64,000 bases of DNA from an uncultured bacterium (GCA_903821355.1 CAIJKW010000022.1:423-64422), one strand, 5' to 3'; numbered from the stretch's first letter, positions 17,945 to 27,952 are shown. A program made the numbers and translations. The notes: generated from the sequence alone by a model not told the origin.

Positions 17945-18472
17945 ATGTCTAGAAAGACACACATAAGCCAACTTAAAAAGGATTTTTCCAAAACGTATGA
18001 CGAGCATTCAGATGCTATTTTCAGATATGCATATTTTAAGCTCTCAGATATGGAAAAAGCCAAGGATGTCGTTCAAGACACTTTTGTTAAATTTTGGGAG
18101 TACATTTCAGCGGAAAGCGAGTTACAGAACGTAAGAGCTCTTTTGTATAGAATCGCTCTTAATACCATAATTGACCTCTATAGAAAGCGTAAGACCTTTT
18201 CTTTGGACATCTTGGCTGATGACGGGTTTGATCCCGCCTATGAGCCAGAGAAAGATGTTTTTGAAAGGTATGAGTCAGAGGCGGTACTTAAGGCAATAAA
18301 TGAACTAGATGAAGATGATAAAAATATCATGTTCATGAGGTACATAGAAGGGCTTTCGTTTGACGATATCGCAGAAGTGATTGGTGATAGACCAAACACT
18401 ATCGCTGTAAAAGTACATAGATTGTTGAAGCAGCTTCGTCAGTCATTAAATGTCGAAGACGAACAACAATAA
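17945..18472 (+). CDS. ECF RNA polymerase sigma factor
   Basis: IFRYAY...AKDVVQDTF, LYRIA.N..ID.YR, region 4 GLSFDDIAE. Confidence 0.92.
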   Translation: MSRKTHISQLKKDFSKTYDEHSDAIFRYAYFKLSDMEKAKDVVQDTFVKFWEYISAESELQNVRALLYRIALNTIIDLYRKRKTFSLDILADDGFDPAYEPEKDVFERYESEAVLKAINELDEDDKNIMFMRYIEGLSFDDIAEVIGDRPNTIAVKVHRLLKQLRQSLNVEDEQQ

Positions 18473-18481
18473 AATAAAGTC

Positions 18482-19846
18482 ATGATCGAAAAAAAGATTA
18501 ACAAGTTAAAAGATTCCTTAATGAACGTACGCATGTCAACAGATGACAAACGTGACGTTTTTAAGCGTATCTTACTTGTTGTCGATAAGATCGAGTCTGT
18601 CTCATCTGAATCTCACAAAGCTCCGGTTCTTTCTCCATTTTCTAATAATAATATATTTGAAGGTTTATCTGGTAGTCGTTTTGCCTCAAATATTTTTGTA
18701 TACGTAAGACAAAGAAAGTTTGTCCCATCTCTCGTAGTTGTTTTATTATTGTGTGTCACTGGTGCGTTTTCTGCCGGCGCAGAACAAGCACTTCCTGGAG
18801 ATTCCTTATATTCTCTAAAGGTAAATGTTAATGAACAGGTTAAAGATTTTGTTGCTGTAACTCCAGAAGCTAAAGCTCGCCTTGCTGTTGAGACAACAGA
18901 AAGGAGACTTCAAGAAGCTGTTATATTATCTTCACAAGGAAAATTAACAGATGAAAGAAAGCAGATTATTCAGACTCAATTAAGTAAAAATGCTGAAAAT
19001 GTAAAGAATAGTGTAGCAACATTAGTTGCTACAGATAATATTTCTGTTGCTCAAGAAGTGTCCACTAATTTTGAAGCATCACTTAAGACTCATGAATTAA
19101 TATTAGAAACTCTTGCAAAAAATTCAGACAGTTCAGATAGTTCAAATAATGCAACTTCAACTAATGCAGATAACAGTACAACAACAGCTAGCACCACATC
19201 TTCTTCTGCCACAAGTTCAGCTGAAGGTATTGTTGGCGGTGTTGCAAGTACTACGGTAGGTACTTCTTCTGAGTCTACAGTTCAAAACTCAGCTATTAAA
19301 AAAGCACTTCCTGTAAATACTCTAATGCAAGATATTAGACAAGAGATAAACTATAATGCTCAAGTTAGAGAGGATTTGTCTCAGAAGGAAATAGCTGAAG
19401 CAACCAGCCCTGAAAAAGTTGATTCTAAGATCAAAGATACAGAAACAAAATACGCAGATTTAATCTCTCAAAAAAATACCTTAACAGATTTAAGTCCTGC
19501 TTCCATCAAGATGCTTAATAGTTATATAAACACAGCTTCATCATCTTTGGGTGATGCAAAGACTGCTTTAAAAAACAATGACTTGGTTAAGTCTGTGGTT
19601 TCATTACAACAAGCTGTAAAGGCTGTTAGTGATTCTGATTCATTAATTTCAATAGAACTAAATAGTAAGCCAGAAGTAAGAAGAGCGCTAGAATTAATTG
19701 ATATAAACAAGCTTTTGGATTCAATTCATTCCAATGATCCAAATTCTCCTTCCAACTCAACAAGCACAGTGTCCGTCGCAGATGGCCTATCAAAAGGAGC
19801 CGTCTTAGGAACAAGCACTTCGTCAGAGATTCTAAATACTAAATAA
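18482..19846 (+). CDS. DUF5667-type single-TM protein, probable anti-sigma factor
   Basis: AEQALPGDSLYSLKV...RRLQEA; directly downstream of the ECF sigma. Confidence 0.75.
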   Translation: MIEKKINKLKDSLMNVRMSTDDKRDVFKRILLVVDKIESVSSESHKAPVLSPFSNNNIFEGLSGSRFASNIFVYVRQRKFVPSLVVVLLLCVTGAFSAGAEQALPGDSLYSLKVNVNEQVKDFVAVTPEAKARLAVETTERRLQEAVILSSQGKLTDERKQIIQTQLSKNAENVKNSVATLVATDNISVAQEVSTNFEASLKTHELILETLAKNSDSSDSSNNATSTNADNSTTTASTTSSSATSSAEGIVGGVASTTVGTSSESTVQNSAIKKALPVNTLMQDIRQEINYNAQVREDLSQKEIAEATSPEKVDSKIKDTETKYADLISQKNTLTDLSPASIKMLNSYINTASSSLGDAKTALKNNDLVKSVVSLQQAVKAVSDSDSLISIELNSKPEVRRALELIDINKLLDSIHSNDPNSPSNSTSTVSVADGLSKGAVLGTSTSSEILNTK

Positions 19847-19913
19847 ATTTTAAGGACGGTTGAACAAATTAATACGTGCAAAAATATAAAAATCTGATAG
19901 ACTATCAATCACT

Positions 19914-20147
19914 ATGTCATTTTTTCAAAACATGTTGATGAAGCAAATGCTTAAAAAGCAAATGAAAGGTGTTCCTGAAGCTGAGCAAGAAAAGATCTTG
20001 AAAGCTATTGATGAAAACCCTGATTTTTTTACTAATATAGCAACAGAGATACAAGCTAAGATGAAGACTGGCAAAAGCCAGATGGATGCAACCATGGAAG
20101 TTATGGGCCAACATCAAGACAAGTTGAGACAAATAATGGGGAAGTAA
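19914..20147 (+). CDS. Small conserved-looking hypothetical protein (Met/Gln-rich, helical)
   Basis: 77-aa ORF with TAGACT -10-like box upstream. Confidence 0.7.
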   Translation: MSFFQNMLMKQMLKKQMKGVPEAEQEKILKAIDENPDFFTNIATEIQAKMKTGKSQMDATMEVMGQHQDKLRQIMGK

Positions 20148-20154
20148 GGATTTA

Positions 20155-20583
20155 CTATTTATTACTATCTTTAACAACGATCTTATAAATCTCCTCTGTT
20201 AATTGATTGTTGATTTCTATCAATTTATGAACCTCATCCTGGATTTGCAAAAGAGCCTCAGCGTCTTTATATGTTTGTAGAGATTGCTTATCAGACGCTA
20301 ATGCTGCAACTTTTTGACCAACCATAATTATTGAAAGCAAAACTAATTGTAGAAAAGTTTGAGCGATCCACGCAATTAAAGTGGCTGTTCCACCAGCAAT
20401 TGCTGCAGGAAGACTAATAAGTGCAATAGCAGTGAAAAGATAAGCGCACCACATCGTACTCACCATGTTGGTTATAATAAGCGCTAGGCGACCATTTAAT
20501 CCAATTCGCTCGTCTTTGGTTGTGTGAGGGCCGTATTTTGTTCTCTCCTCAATACGAGGGTGTGGGACGTGTGTTTTTGTCAT
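20155..20583 (-). CDS. DUF1003-like membrane protein
   Basis: TMWCAYLF...WIAQTFLQLVLLSIIMVGQ. Confidence 0.7.
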   Translation of the reverse strand: MTKTHVPHPRIEERTKYGPHTTKDERIGLNGRLALIITNMVSTMWCAYLFTAIALISLPAAIAGGTATLIAWIAQTFLQLVLLSIIMVGQKVAALASDKQSLQTYKDAEALLQIQDEVHKLIEINNQLTEEIYKIVVKDSNK

Positions 20584-20726
20584 AACTATAATTATATATC
20601 AAAAAGTGGAAATTAAAATGTATTTAATCGCACATAGGTATATTTATAAATGGAATAATGCTTGACAACACTTTTTGCGGGAATATTATTAATACGGTCT
20701 TAAATTAGTACAAAGAAGGAGGAAAA

Positions 20727-21344
20727 ATGAAAACAAAAACGCAGTTTGTTCTTTTCGTTCTAATTTTTGTAATCATTTCGCTTTCATCCGTCACATGCAA
20801 CATTACACCTAGATCCATTTCAGCGCAGGTGAGCTCTGAGCTTTGCCAACAAGTAGAGGACAGACCATATCTTGCGTTGATTGAAGGTCTTCAGCCGATC
20901 TCAGGTGATAGAATGAAACTTTTGGGGCAAAAGATTTCTTCTGCTCAAAAAGTTTGTGTGTGTGCGACGTCTGGAAATCACGATGCTCATATGCCAGTAA
21001 TACGGAAGGCACATGAAAATCATCAACCAATTTATATTGCAGGTTTTAGCATGGGAGAATTGGAAGCCGTTAGTTTGGCCGAAGATTGTGGAAAGGAAAA
21101 CATTCCCGTAGAGAGATTGTTTTTGCTTGATGGTCCAGAGAAGTCCAAGATTAACAAATCTGTGAAAAAAGTGGTTGATATCATCGGGGTTAATCCGTAT
21201 CTGTTCCGAAGAAACAATAGGTATCTAGATCAAGACCTAGAAGACAAAGGGACGATTCTGGGATATTACAAATTAAGCTGCGGACACCTCAATGTTCCAG
21301 CCAACTCGTATCCAATTTTCTCGTCTGAAATTTCCAGAAAATAG
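20727..21344 (+). CDS. Secreted alpha/beta-hydrolase-like protein
   Basis: Signal peptide; nucleophile elbow GFSMG, LFLLD, C-terminal GH. AGGAGG SD, own TTGACA promoter, terminator 21363-21388. Confidence 0.65.
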   Translation: MKTKTQFVLFVLIFVIISLSSVTCNITPRSISAQVSSELCQQVEDRPYLALIEGLQPISGDRMKLLGQKISSAQKVCVCATSGNHDAHMPVIRKAHENHQPIYIAGFSMGELEAVSLAEDCGKENIPVERLFLLDGPEKSKINKSVKKVVDIIGVNPYLFRRNNRYLDQDLEDKGTILGYYKLSCGHLNVPANSYPIFSSEISRK

Positions 21345-21450
21345 TCCGTCTAACAACCTAACAAGCCTCCGGTTTGAGGACCGGAGGCTCTGCCTTGTTT
21401 TAAATAAGATAAATTTTTCAAAAAAATACAAAACATGCTAGTATCATGGA

Positions 21451-22548
21451 ATGAAATTAAGTATTGGAATCGTCGGTCTCCCAAACGTCGGTAAATCCAC
21501 GTTATTTAATGCACTAACAAAAAAGTCAGTGCCAGCAGAAAATTATCCATTTTGCACGATAGATCCATCTGTTGGGGTTGTTCCTGTTCCAGATGATAGA
21601 CTGTACCAGCTTGCAGAGTTTTCTAAGACACAAAAGACAATTCCTGCGGCAATTGAGTTTGTGGACATCGCAGGTCTTGTTAAGGGGGCATCAGAAGGCT
21701 CAGGACTTGGTAATCAATTCTTGGCTCACATTAGAGAGACTGACGCGGTTGCAGAAGTCGTTAGAATTTTTGAGGATGCAAATGTTATTCACGTTGATGG
21801 ATCAATTAACCCTAAACGTGACATTGAAGTTATTAACCTTGAGCTTGTCTTGGCAGATCAACAAACTGTCGCTAAAAGGCTTATTGGAGTTGAGAGTGGT
21901 GCAAAAAGAGGAGATAAAGTAGCTATCGCAGAGAAAGCTGTTTTGCAAAAAATTGCACACGCACTAGAGGAGGCTAAACTTGCATCTTCTATTGAACTGA
22001 CAGAGGAAGAAAAAGAAATCGTTCAAGGTCTTCATCTTATAAGCATGAAGCCAATAATGTACATCCTAAACAAAAAGGCTGGTGGAAAGAATTTGGACGA
22101 ATTAAAAGATCAAAGATGGACGGAACTGATGGATTTTTTGAATGAGCAAAAAGCTAAGTGGACAATTGTCGATGCGGGCATTGAGCATGAGCTAAAAGAT
22201 TTAGAGGGAGAAGACAAGGTAATATTTAGAAAAGAACTTGGCGCACATGATGATGGTGTTGATTTGCTAATAAAAAAAGGGTATGAGTTATTGGATTTGG
22301 AAACATACTTTACGACTGGAGTAGTTGAGACAAGGGCTTGGACAATTGCAAAAGGCTCAACAGCACCAGTTGCTGGTATGGCAATTCACACAGATTTTAA
22401 AGATAAGTTTATTAGGGCTGAAATTGTTTTCTGGAAGGATTTGATAGGTGCAGGATCATATGTTGCCGCAAAAGAGAAAGGTTTAATTAGAACAGAAGGG
22501 AAGGAGTATGTAGTGAAGGATGGGGATGTGATTGAGTTTAAAATCTAG
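21451..22548 (+). CDS. ychF: Redox-regulated ATPase YchF
   Basis: GIVGLPNVGKSTLFN, NYPFCTIDP, DIAGLV, GLGNQFL, TRAWTI, EGKEYVVKDGD. Confidence 0.98.
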   Translation: MKLSIGIVGLPNVGKSTLFNALTKKSVPAENYPFCTIDPSVGVVPVPDDRLYQLAEFSKTQKTIPAAIEFVDIAGLVKGASEGSGLGNQFLAHIRETDAVAEVVRIFEDANVIHVDGSINPKRDIEVINLELVLADQQTVAKRLIGVESGAKRGDKVAIAEKAVLQKIAHALEEAKLASSIELTEEEKEIVQGLHLISMKPIMYILNKKAGGKNLDELKDQRWTELMDFLNEQKAKWTIVDAGIEHELKDLEGEDKVIFRKELGAHDDGVDLLIKKGYELLDLETYFTTGVVETRAWTIAKGSTAPVAGMAIHTDFKDKFIRAEIVFWKDLIGAGSYVAAKEKGLIRTEGKEYVVKDGDVIEFKI

Positions 22549-22552
22549 GCAT

Positions 22553-22760
22553 AAGAAAAGGGCCAGGAACGTCGATCGACGTTCCCAGCCCTCGAACCGT
22601 GACGATTAAACGTTGCGGCGCATGTCAGATTTCTAACCAAGAGAAAGTCTCTCAATAGCGCTTATTTGAAAGCGAAGAAGGCTTTTTCCCGCCAGTGGGT
22701 TCTTATGTGGCCCTGCGGTAATTGCATCCCTCCATCTCTCCTGGAACCTGACTTAATTAG
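22553..22760 (-). ncRNA. Rod-like structured RNA candidate (6S-like, or a 5'/3'-paired small-ORF mRNA)
   Basis: Minus-strand TTGATT-16-TAATCT promoter; closing stems gtcag/ctgac and ccaggagag/ttctcttgg; terminator gggctgggaacgtcgatcgacgttcctggccc-TTTTCTT. Confidence 0.5.
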
Positions 22761-22794
22761 TAGATTACACTCTTCTATATAAAAATCAAGTAAA

Positions 22795-22923
22795 AGGAAA
22801 AGGTCAGCTTGGTTCCTTAGGGTTTGAGACTAACTACTTTGGTTCTCTTACTAAAAAAGCACTAATAAAATTTCAGCTATTGGATATTTTGGCCCTAAGA
22901 CTCGAGAGGCCTTTTCTAAATAG
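22795..22923 (+). pseudogene. Frameshifted remnant of a peptidoglycan-binding domain gene
   Basis: GSLGFETNYFGSLTKKALIKFQ in one frame, then IGYFGPKTREAFSK* in another; no start codon. Confidence 0.65.
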
Positions 22924-23002
22924 CGTTTAAAGTCAAAGTGTATAACCTATTTGACTAAACATTGATAATGTGCTAAAAATAAGGTATAAATTAATAAAAC
23001 AA

Positions 23003-24052
23003 ATGTCTAACACAAATATAGCATTATCGTTCAAGCCAAAGAATGTTACAAAGAAGCTTTTGTCTTCATTGACAGACAGAGCTAAACTGGTGGTTACTAA
23101 ACGTTATGGGCTTGATAAAGACGGAGAAAAGATGACTCTTGAGGCTATCGGTGAGCAATACTCCATCACCCGTGAGAGAGTTCGTCAGATAGAACATGCA
23201 GCTCTTCAAAACATCAGGAAGTCTTCAGCTTACAAGCAAGAGAAGGCCTCTTTTGACGAATTGTATCAAGTAGTAGAGGGTTTGGGCGGTTTTCTTTCAG
23301 AAGATGATCTTCTGTCATCTTTAGCCAAAGATCCATCTTCAAGAAATCATGTTTGCTTCATGCTTGTTATTGGTGAAGAGTTTAAAAAAGAAAAAGAAGA
23401 TTCAGAATTTAAACACAGATGGCATATTGACCAAGATCTATCAAAAAAAGTTCACGAGGCTATAAGAAAATTATACAAAAGTTTGGATGATGAATCTTTG
23501 ATACCAGAGTCAGAGATTTTGCAAGAATTCCTAAAACATTTGCAAGATGTAAATCAAAAGTATCTTACAGAGGAAATTGCTAAAAGATGGTTGTCTGTTT
23601 CAAAAAATTTGGATAAAAATCCACTAGGAGAATGGGGAAAAGCTGATTCTTCAAACGTTAGAACAAAGGGAATTAGAGACTATGCTTTTCTTGCTATGAG
23701 AAAACATGGTTCACCTATACACTTTCGTGATATCGCAAAACAAATTGAGAAGCTATTTGATAAAAAAGCACACATCGCCACAACTCACAATGAATTAATA
23801 AAAGATAAAAGGTTTGTTCTCGTTGGAAGAGGTCTATACGCCCTAAGTGAATGGGGATATCTAAGTGGTGTTGTTAAGGATGTTATTAAGAAGGTTCTTG
23901 ATAAAAACGGTCCATTAACTAAAGAGGAAATAATTCAAAAAGTTTTGAAAGAAAGATACGTTAAGGAAAACACTATATTAGTAAACCTGCAAAACAGTAA
24001 GCTATTTAAAAAAGATAAGGAAGGCAGATATCGTTACGTTGAGAATGAATAA
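23003..24052 (+). CDS. Sigma70 region-4 HTH fused to RNAP delta-subunit-like (HARE-HTH) winged helices
   Basis: RYGL...MTLEAIG..YSITRERVRQIE; PIHFRDIA, THNELIKDKRFVLVGRGLYALSEWGY. Confidence 0.8.
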   Translation: MSNTNIALSFKPKNVTKKLLSSLTDRAKLVVTKRYGLDKDGEKMTLEAIGEQYSITRERVRQIEHAALQNIRKSSAYKQEKASFDELYQVVEGLGGFLSEDDLLSSLAKDPSSRNHVCFMLVIGEEFKKEKEDSEFKHRWHIDQDLSKKVHEAIRKLYKSLDDESLIPESEILQEFLKHLQDVNQKYLTEEIAKRWLSVSKNLDKNPLGEWGKADSSNVRTKGIRDYAFLAMRKHGSPIHFRDIAKQIEKLFDKKAHIATTHNELIKDKRFVLVGRGLYALSEWGYLSGVVKDVIKKVLDKNGPLTKEEIIQKVLKERYVKENTILVNLQNSKLFKKDKEGRYRYVENE

Positions 24053-24134
24053 ACGTCTAAAAAGCTAAGTCAAACAAAAGATCTCAGATTAAAGTCTGGG
24101 GTTTTTGTTTGTATATGCCTATTATAAAATATGT

Positions 24135-24282
24135 GATTTAGCAAAATCATCCAAACGACGATTTTGGAGAATCGCCTACTGGGTGTTTAGCAAAATCATC
24201 CAAACGATGATTCTGGTGAATCACCTACTGGGCGATTTTGGAGAATCGCCTACTGGGTGTTTTGCAAAATCACCTACTGGGT
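24135..24282. repeat. Six 24-25-bp degenerate tandem units, each built on a GATT-N6-AATC-type inverted repeat
   Basis: Units start at 24135, 24160, 24185, 24209, 24234 and 24259, with tails atccaaacga or (g/a)cctactggg. The array ends just before TATAAT. Confidence 0.85.
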
Positions 24283-24301
24283 AGTATAATATCTTGTAAA
24301 T

Positions 24302-25552
24302 ATGCAGACACAATTAACGGCCGAAATATTTGTTTTATTTTTTTTGAAAATAGCGATAGCTTTTGTTGTTATTATGCTTGTCGTCGGTATTGGAAAAAGA
24401 TTTCTAGTCAGGCTTAAGACCAAATCTCGTGCAGAGTTTTTTGCAAAACAAAAATATATTTTGTTAGAAATTACTCCTCCAAAAAATCTTCAAAAGACAC
24501 CTCAGGCTATGGAGCTATTCATAGGCTCTCTTTATCAGGCTAGTGGTGACGCTTCAGGTTTTATTTCAAAGTATACAAACGGCTCATGCAGACCATGGTT
24601 TTCTCTAGAAATAGTATCCATTGATGGATATGTTAGATTTTTCATTTGGTCTCGGGCTAATTTTCTAGACATGATTGAGACACAGCTATATTCTCAATAT
24701 CCAGATGTTGAAATTATCGATAGAACGGGCAATGACTATACTACTGATATAAAATGGGATCCTGAAAATTATCAATATTGGGGATGTAATTTTATTAAAA
24801 CTTCAGCTTCTCATTTGCCAATAAAGACCTACGTTTCTCACGGAATGGTTGGTGGCGGAAAGGAAGAATCAAAGGTTGATCCTATAACCCCCGTTATTGA
24901 ACTGCTTGGTTCTTTAAAAAAGAATGAACAAATTTGGTTTCAAATTTTGATCAGAGCTCATACAAAAGAAATATTAAAACCCGGAACAAGAAATGAAATG
25001 GTTGACTGGAAATATGAAGCGGGACTAGACTTGATAAAGAGAATGAAGCGGGACGTAAAGATGGATAAGGACAAACCTGTTAATCCCGCCTTACTTCAAT
25101 TAACTAAGGCAGAAAAAGAAGCGGCTGAAGCCATTGAGAACAATATATCTAAGTTGCCATTTGATTGTGGCGTCAGGGCTGTTTATTTAGCCAAGAAAGA
25201 TGTATTTAGACCATCCATGATTGCGGGAATCAATGGTTCTTTTAGACAATATGGTTCACCAAATCTAAATGGGTTCAAGACAGTAGGAACACCCTCACCA
25301 ACTAAATTTAAATGGCAGGATAGAGGTGGAAAAAAACTACTTGCTCAAAAAAAGAAAATAATTGGCGAATATCAACACAGGTCATTTTTCATCCCAGAAT
25401 ACATTCCTTATGGAGCTAGACTCAAACATTTTGTCATGACAACAGAAGAATTGGCAACAATATTTCACCTTCCTGGAAATGTTGCAAGGACCCCTACAAT
25501 GGCTCGTGTTCAAGCAAAAAAGGTGGAGCCACCTGCAAATCTTCCTATATAA
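24302..25552 (+). CDS. CPR-typical membrane-anchored protein resembling the N-terminal region of VirB4/TraG-associated proteins
   Basis: N-terminal TM, LLEITPP, WFSLEI, QLYSQYPDVEI, EELATIFHLP. Family recalled, not searched. Confidence 0.55.
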   Translation: MQTQLTAEIFVLFFLKIAIAFVVIMLVVGIGKRFLVRLKTKSRAEFFAKQKYILLEITPPKNLQKTPQAMELFIGSLYQASGDASGFISKYTNGSCRPWFSLEIVSIDGYVRFFIWSRANFLDMIETQLYSQYPDVEIIDRTGNDYTTDIKWDPENYQYWGCNFIKTSASHLPIKTYVSHGMVGGGKEESKVDPITPVIELLGSLKKNEQIWFQILIRAHTKEILKPGTRNEMVDWKYEAGLDLIKRMKRDVKMDKDKPVNPALLQLTKAEKEAAEAIENNISKLPFDCGVRAVYLAKKDVFRPSMIAGINGSFRQYGSPNLNGFKTVGTPSPTKFKWQDRGGKKLLAQKKKIIGEYQHRSFFIPEYIPYGARLKHFVMTTEELATIFHLPGNVARTPTMARVQAKKVEPPANLPI

Positions 25553-25665
25553 TTTACATGTACGCCCTCAAGATTTCGTAAATTAAACATCTTCTTACCG
25601 CTAGGTTCTTATGGTATAATCATATAGTAAATAAGATGAATTGAACCATCAACTTAGTAAAAAAA

Positions 25666-26697
25666 ATGAACGAACTTAATCAAAAAACTACTAAAAATAA
25701 CGATTTAAACACAAATGGAGACCTTACTGCAAAAGTTTTTGTGTCTAGGATTTTTGTGCTTGTAATGGTGCCGGTTGTACTTTTAGTATTAGTTTTATTT
25801 TATTTTGTATCAGCTCCTTTTGGTTCATTTGGTAAACCATTAATGATAGAAATTAATTCTGGAGATTCTTTAAAAACTATTGCTGGCGAGATTAAAGACA
25901 ATAAGATTATAAGATCTTCTGATTTGCTCAGATTAATGATTTCTGTATATGGTGGACAGAACAAAATTAAGGCGGGTGTTTATGAATTTGATAAGCCTGC
26001 AAATGTTTTTAATGTTGCTTACAGGTTATCTCATCAAGATTACGGATACATTCCAGTAAAGCTAACTTTCCCTGAGGGTATAAATTCTAAAGAGGTTCTA
26101 AGTATCATTGATTCTAAATTTCCAGACTTAAAAAATAAGCCAAACTATGAGACGGATAAACTTTTGATTGTATCCAATGAGGGTTATCTGTTTCCCGATA
26201 CATATTTTTTTCCACCAAACGCTGATATAAAAGTGATTACAGACAGAATGCTGTCAGAATATAAAAGAAAAATGAAAAAATACCAGTCTGTCATTGCGTC
26301 AAGCGGGCACACGGAGTCAGATATAATAATAGCAGCTTCTATATTGGAGGAGGAGGTTAAAACATCGGACGATAGAAAGATGGTAGCTGATTTACTGTGG
26401 AGAAGAATTGCAAAAGGTATGCCACTTCAAGTTGATAGCACGCTTGGTTATATCGATGGTAAAAAATCTTCTGATTTAACCCTCAACGATTTAGCCGCAA
26501 ATTCTCCTTTTAATACTTATAAAAACAAAGGCCTTCCTCCAACCGCCATCTCAAATCCTGGAATCGACGCTATTGAGGCGGCCATGTATCCAACAAAAAA
26601 TGATTATATTTTCTTTCTTACCAGTCAAGATGGTAAAACATATTTTTCCAAAACTTACGCAGAACACTTGAATTTTAAGAAATTGTATATAAGATAA
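25666..26697 (+). CDS. mltG: Endolytic transglycosylase MltG, paralogue 2
   Basis: IKAGVY, TFPEG, EGYLFPDTY, ASILEEE, LQVDST, SPFNTYKNKGLPPTAISNPG. Confidence 0.95.
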   Translation: MNELNQKTTKNNDLNTNGDLTAKVFVSRIFVLVMVPVVLLVLVLFYFVSAPFGSFGKPLMIEINSGDSLKTIAGEIKDNKIIRSSDLLRLMISVYGGQNKIKAGVYEFDKPANVFNVAYRLSHQDYGYIPVKLTFPEGINSKEVLSIIDSKFPDLKNKPNYETDKLLIVSNEGYLFPDTYFFPPNADIKVITDRMLSEYKRKMKKYQSVIASSGHTESDIIIAASILEEEVKTSDDRKMVADLLWRRIAKGMPLQVDSTLGYIDGKKSSDLTLNDLAANSPFNTYKNKGLPPTAISNPGIDAIEAAMYPTKNDYIFFLTSQDGKTYFSKTYAEHLNFKKLYIR

Positions 26698-26701
26698 CCG
26701 C

Positions 26702-27952
26702 ATGGTTTTCAAAACTAAAGAAAAAGATGTGACTGAGTCAGTTTATAGCAAAAAAAAGGTTTTTGTTGGTCTTTCTGGTGGTGTAGACTCATCTGTGTCA
26801 GCATATTTATTAAAAAAGGCAGGTTATGAGGTCACAGGAGTCTTTATAAAGGTGTGGCAACCAGAAAATGGTGATTGTACATGGAAAGAGGATAGAAGAG
26901 ACGCCATGAGGGTTGCAGCCAGCCTTGGTATTAAATTTCAGACCCTTGATTTACGCAATGAATACAAAAGTGGTGTGGTTGATTATATGATTGATGAATA
27001 TGCAAAAGGTAGAACTCCAAACCCCGATGTAATGTGTAATAAGGAGGTGAAGTTTGGCGCTTTTATGAATTGGGCACTTGCAAATGGAGCTGATTTTGTG
27101 GCAACCGGTCATTATGCGGAAACAAAAAATGGTGAAATGTTTGAAGGACAAGATGCTGGAAAAGACCAATCGTATTTTTTATGGACATTGAAAAGTGCCC
27201 AATTAGAAAAAATATTATTTCCAATTGGTCACTTAGAGAAAAGTGAGGTCAGAAAAATTGCCATTAAAAATAAAATTCCTGTTGCCCGTAAAAAAGACAG
27301 CCAGGGAGTTTGCTTTATCGGTCATATTGATATGAAAGATTTTATAAGGGAACACGTTTTAGCTAATACTAGTGGTAACCTTAAAAAGGAAGAAAAAAAT
27401 CAAACTATTTTCAAAGGTTTAACAGAAGGTGATGTTTTGGATATGGATGGTAATGTGATTGGTAAGCACGAAGGCTCTCTTCTTTACACAATCGGCGAAA
27501 GGCATGGATTGGCTTTAAGTAATAGCACAACAAACACACCAAGATTCTATGTTGTTAGCAAGGACGTTGAAAAAAACATAATAACCGTAGCAGAAAAAGA
27601 GCAAATTAAAAATGAAGGTGCAGGGTCAGTAAAAAAAATAATTTTTGACGATATTCATTTTATCTCACCTAAATACAAAGAGATTCTTTTGAGTGAGCCA
27701 ATAAATTGTTTGGGTAGAGCAAGATATAGACAAAAAAAAGAGAAATGTATCTTATCTTTCAAAAATAGTAAGTACGAAGTTGATTTTGTAAGACCTCAGG
27801 ACGGTATTACACCTGGGCAATCACTGGTAATTTATTTTGCAAATGAACTGATAAATGAATCGGCGGATGAGTCGTTAAAGGCTAATAAAAAAGATTATAA
27901 TGATACAACTACTGAAAAAGGTGCAAAAACTCTAGGTGGTGCTATAATCTAA
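26702..27952 (+). CDS. mnmA: tRNA 2-thiouridine(34) synthase
   Basis: SGGVDSS, TPNPDVMCN, ATGHYA, KDQSYFL, KDSQGVCF, TPGQ. Confidence 0.97.
   Translation: MVFKTKEKDVTESVYSKKKVFVGLSGGVDSSVSAYLLKKAGYEVTGVFIKVWQPENGDCTWKEDRRDAMRVAASLGIKFQTLDLRNEYKSGVVDYMIDEYAKGRTPNPDVMCNKEVKFGAFMNWALANGADFVATGHYAETKNGEMFEGQDAGKDQSYFLWTLKSAQLEKILFPIGHLEKSEVRKIAIKNKIPVARKKDSQGVCFIGHIDMKDFIREHVLANTSGNLKKEEKNQTIFKGLTEGDVLDMDGNVIGKHEGSLLYTIGERHGLALSNSTTNTPRFYVVSKDVEKNIITVAEKEQIKNEGAGSVKKIIFDDIHFISPKYKEILLSEPINCLGRARYRQKKEKCILSFKNSKYEVDFVRPQDGITPGQSLVIYFANELINESADESLKANKKDYNDTTTEKGAKTLGGAII

Noticed and set aside
24135-24282. CRISPR array
   Set aside because: Units are contiguous, the tails repeat rather than being unique spacers, and no cas genes are in the window.
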